From contig JYFJ02000499.1 in assembly GCA_000934665.2 (NCBI GenBank), positions 106,850-126,849 on the forward strand: a DNA stretch of 20,000 nt, given 5' to 3'. The stretch comes from Catajapyx aquilonaris (Eukaryota). Positions 19,878 through 20,000 of this stretch are shown here, piece by piece. Each line of letters begins with the position of its first letter. Positions within the stretch are counted from its first letter, which is position 1. Both the position numbers and the translations under genes were made by a program. The notes beneath the pieces were generated by a model. The model was not told the origin of the DNA, did no database searches, and was given only the letters and a program-made list of their open reading frames with translations.

Positions 19878-20000
19878 ATTTCTGTCGTACTACTAGTTAC
19901 TTTTAACTTAGCAGTACCAGTGTAGTGCAATGGTACTGCTATAAGTTAGCAGTAACTACAGACCTATAGTTAATAGTAATAATAGTAGTACGACGAAAAT
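19878..20000. repeat. Nested imperfect inverted repeat (foldback or MITE-like)
   Basis: GTCGTACTACTA 19884-19895 pairs with TAGTAGTACGAC 19983-19994; TAGCAGTACCA 19909-19919 pairs with TGGTACTGCTA 19931-19941; the intervening tagttac..taactta pairs with taagtta..gtaacta. Confidence 0.8.

Noticed and set aside
1..20000. CRISPR array or prokaryotic defence system
   Set aside because: No regularly spaced repeat-spacer structure; the sequence is intron-containing eukaryotic DNA

Overview
Eukaryotic genomic DNA with spliceosomal introns; an invertebrate, probably an arthropod judging by DRE-type promoter motifs (inference). The main feature is an apparently complete 8-coding-exon SNF2-family helicase gene, RAD54L2/ARIP4 (+, 8532-15218, about 1662 aa by my splice model), with all junctions phase-consistent and one non-canonical GC-AG intron. 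Its probable promoter (about 5540-5870) carries a DRE cluster. A 5-exon, about 192-aa minus-strand gene model that I cannot assign to a family starts from the same region and is largely missed by the ORF track. Downstream lies a BC-box/Cul2-box-like leucine-rich-repeat gene (+, 16819-18318) broken by two frameshifts, followed by a diverged partial duplicate. Small repeats include a Tc1/mariner-superfamily MITE, a tRNA-derived SINE-like head, a foldback palindrome at the right edge and a possible mariner end. A possible terminal exon of an upstream gene lies at 347-391. I see no evidence for a wholly new multi-gene system; the best leads are the hidden divergent gene and the disrupted CRL2-receptor-like LRR locus.
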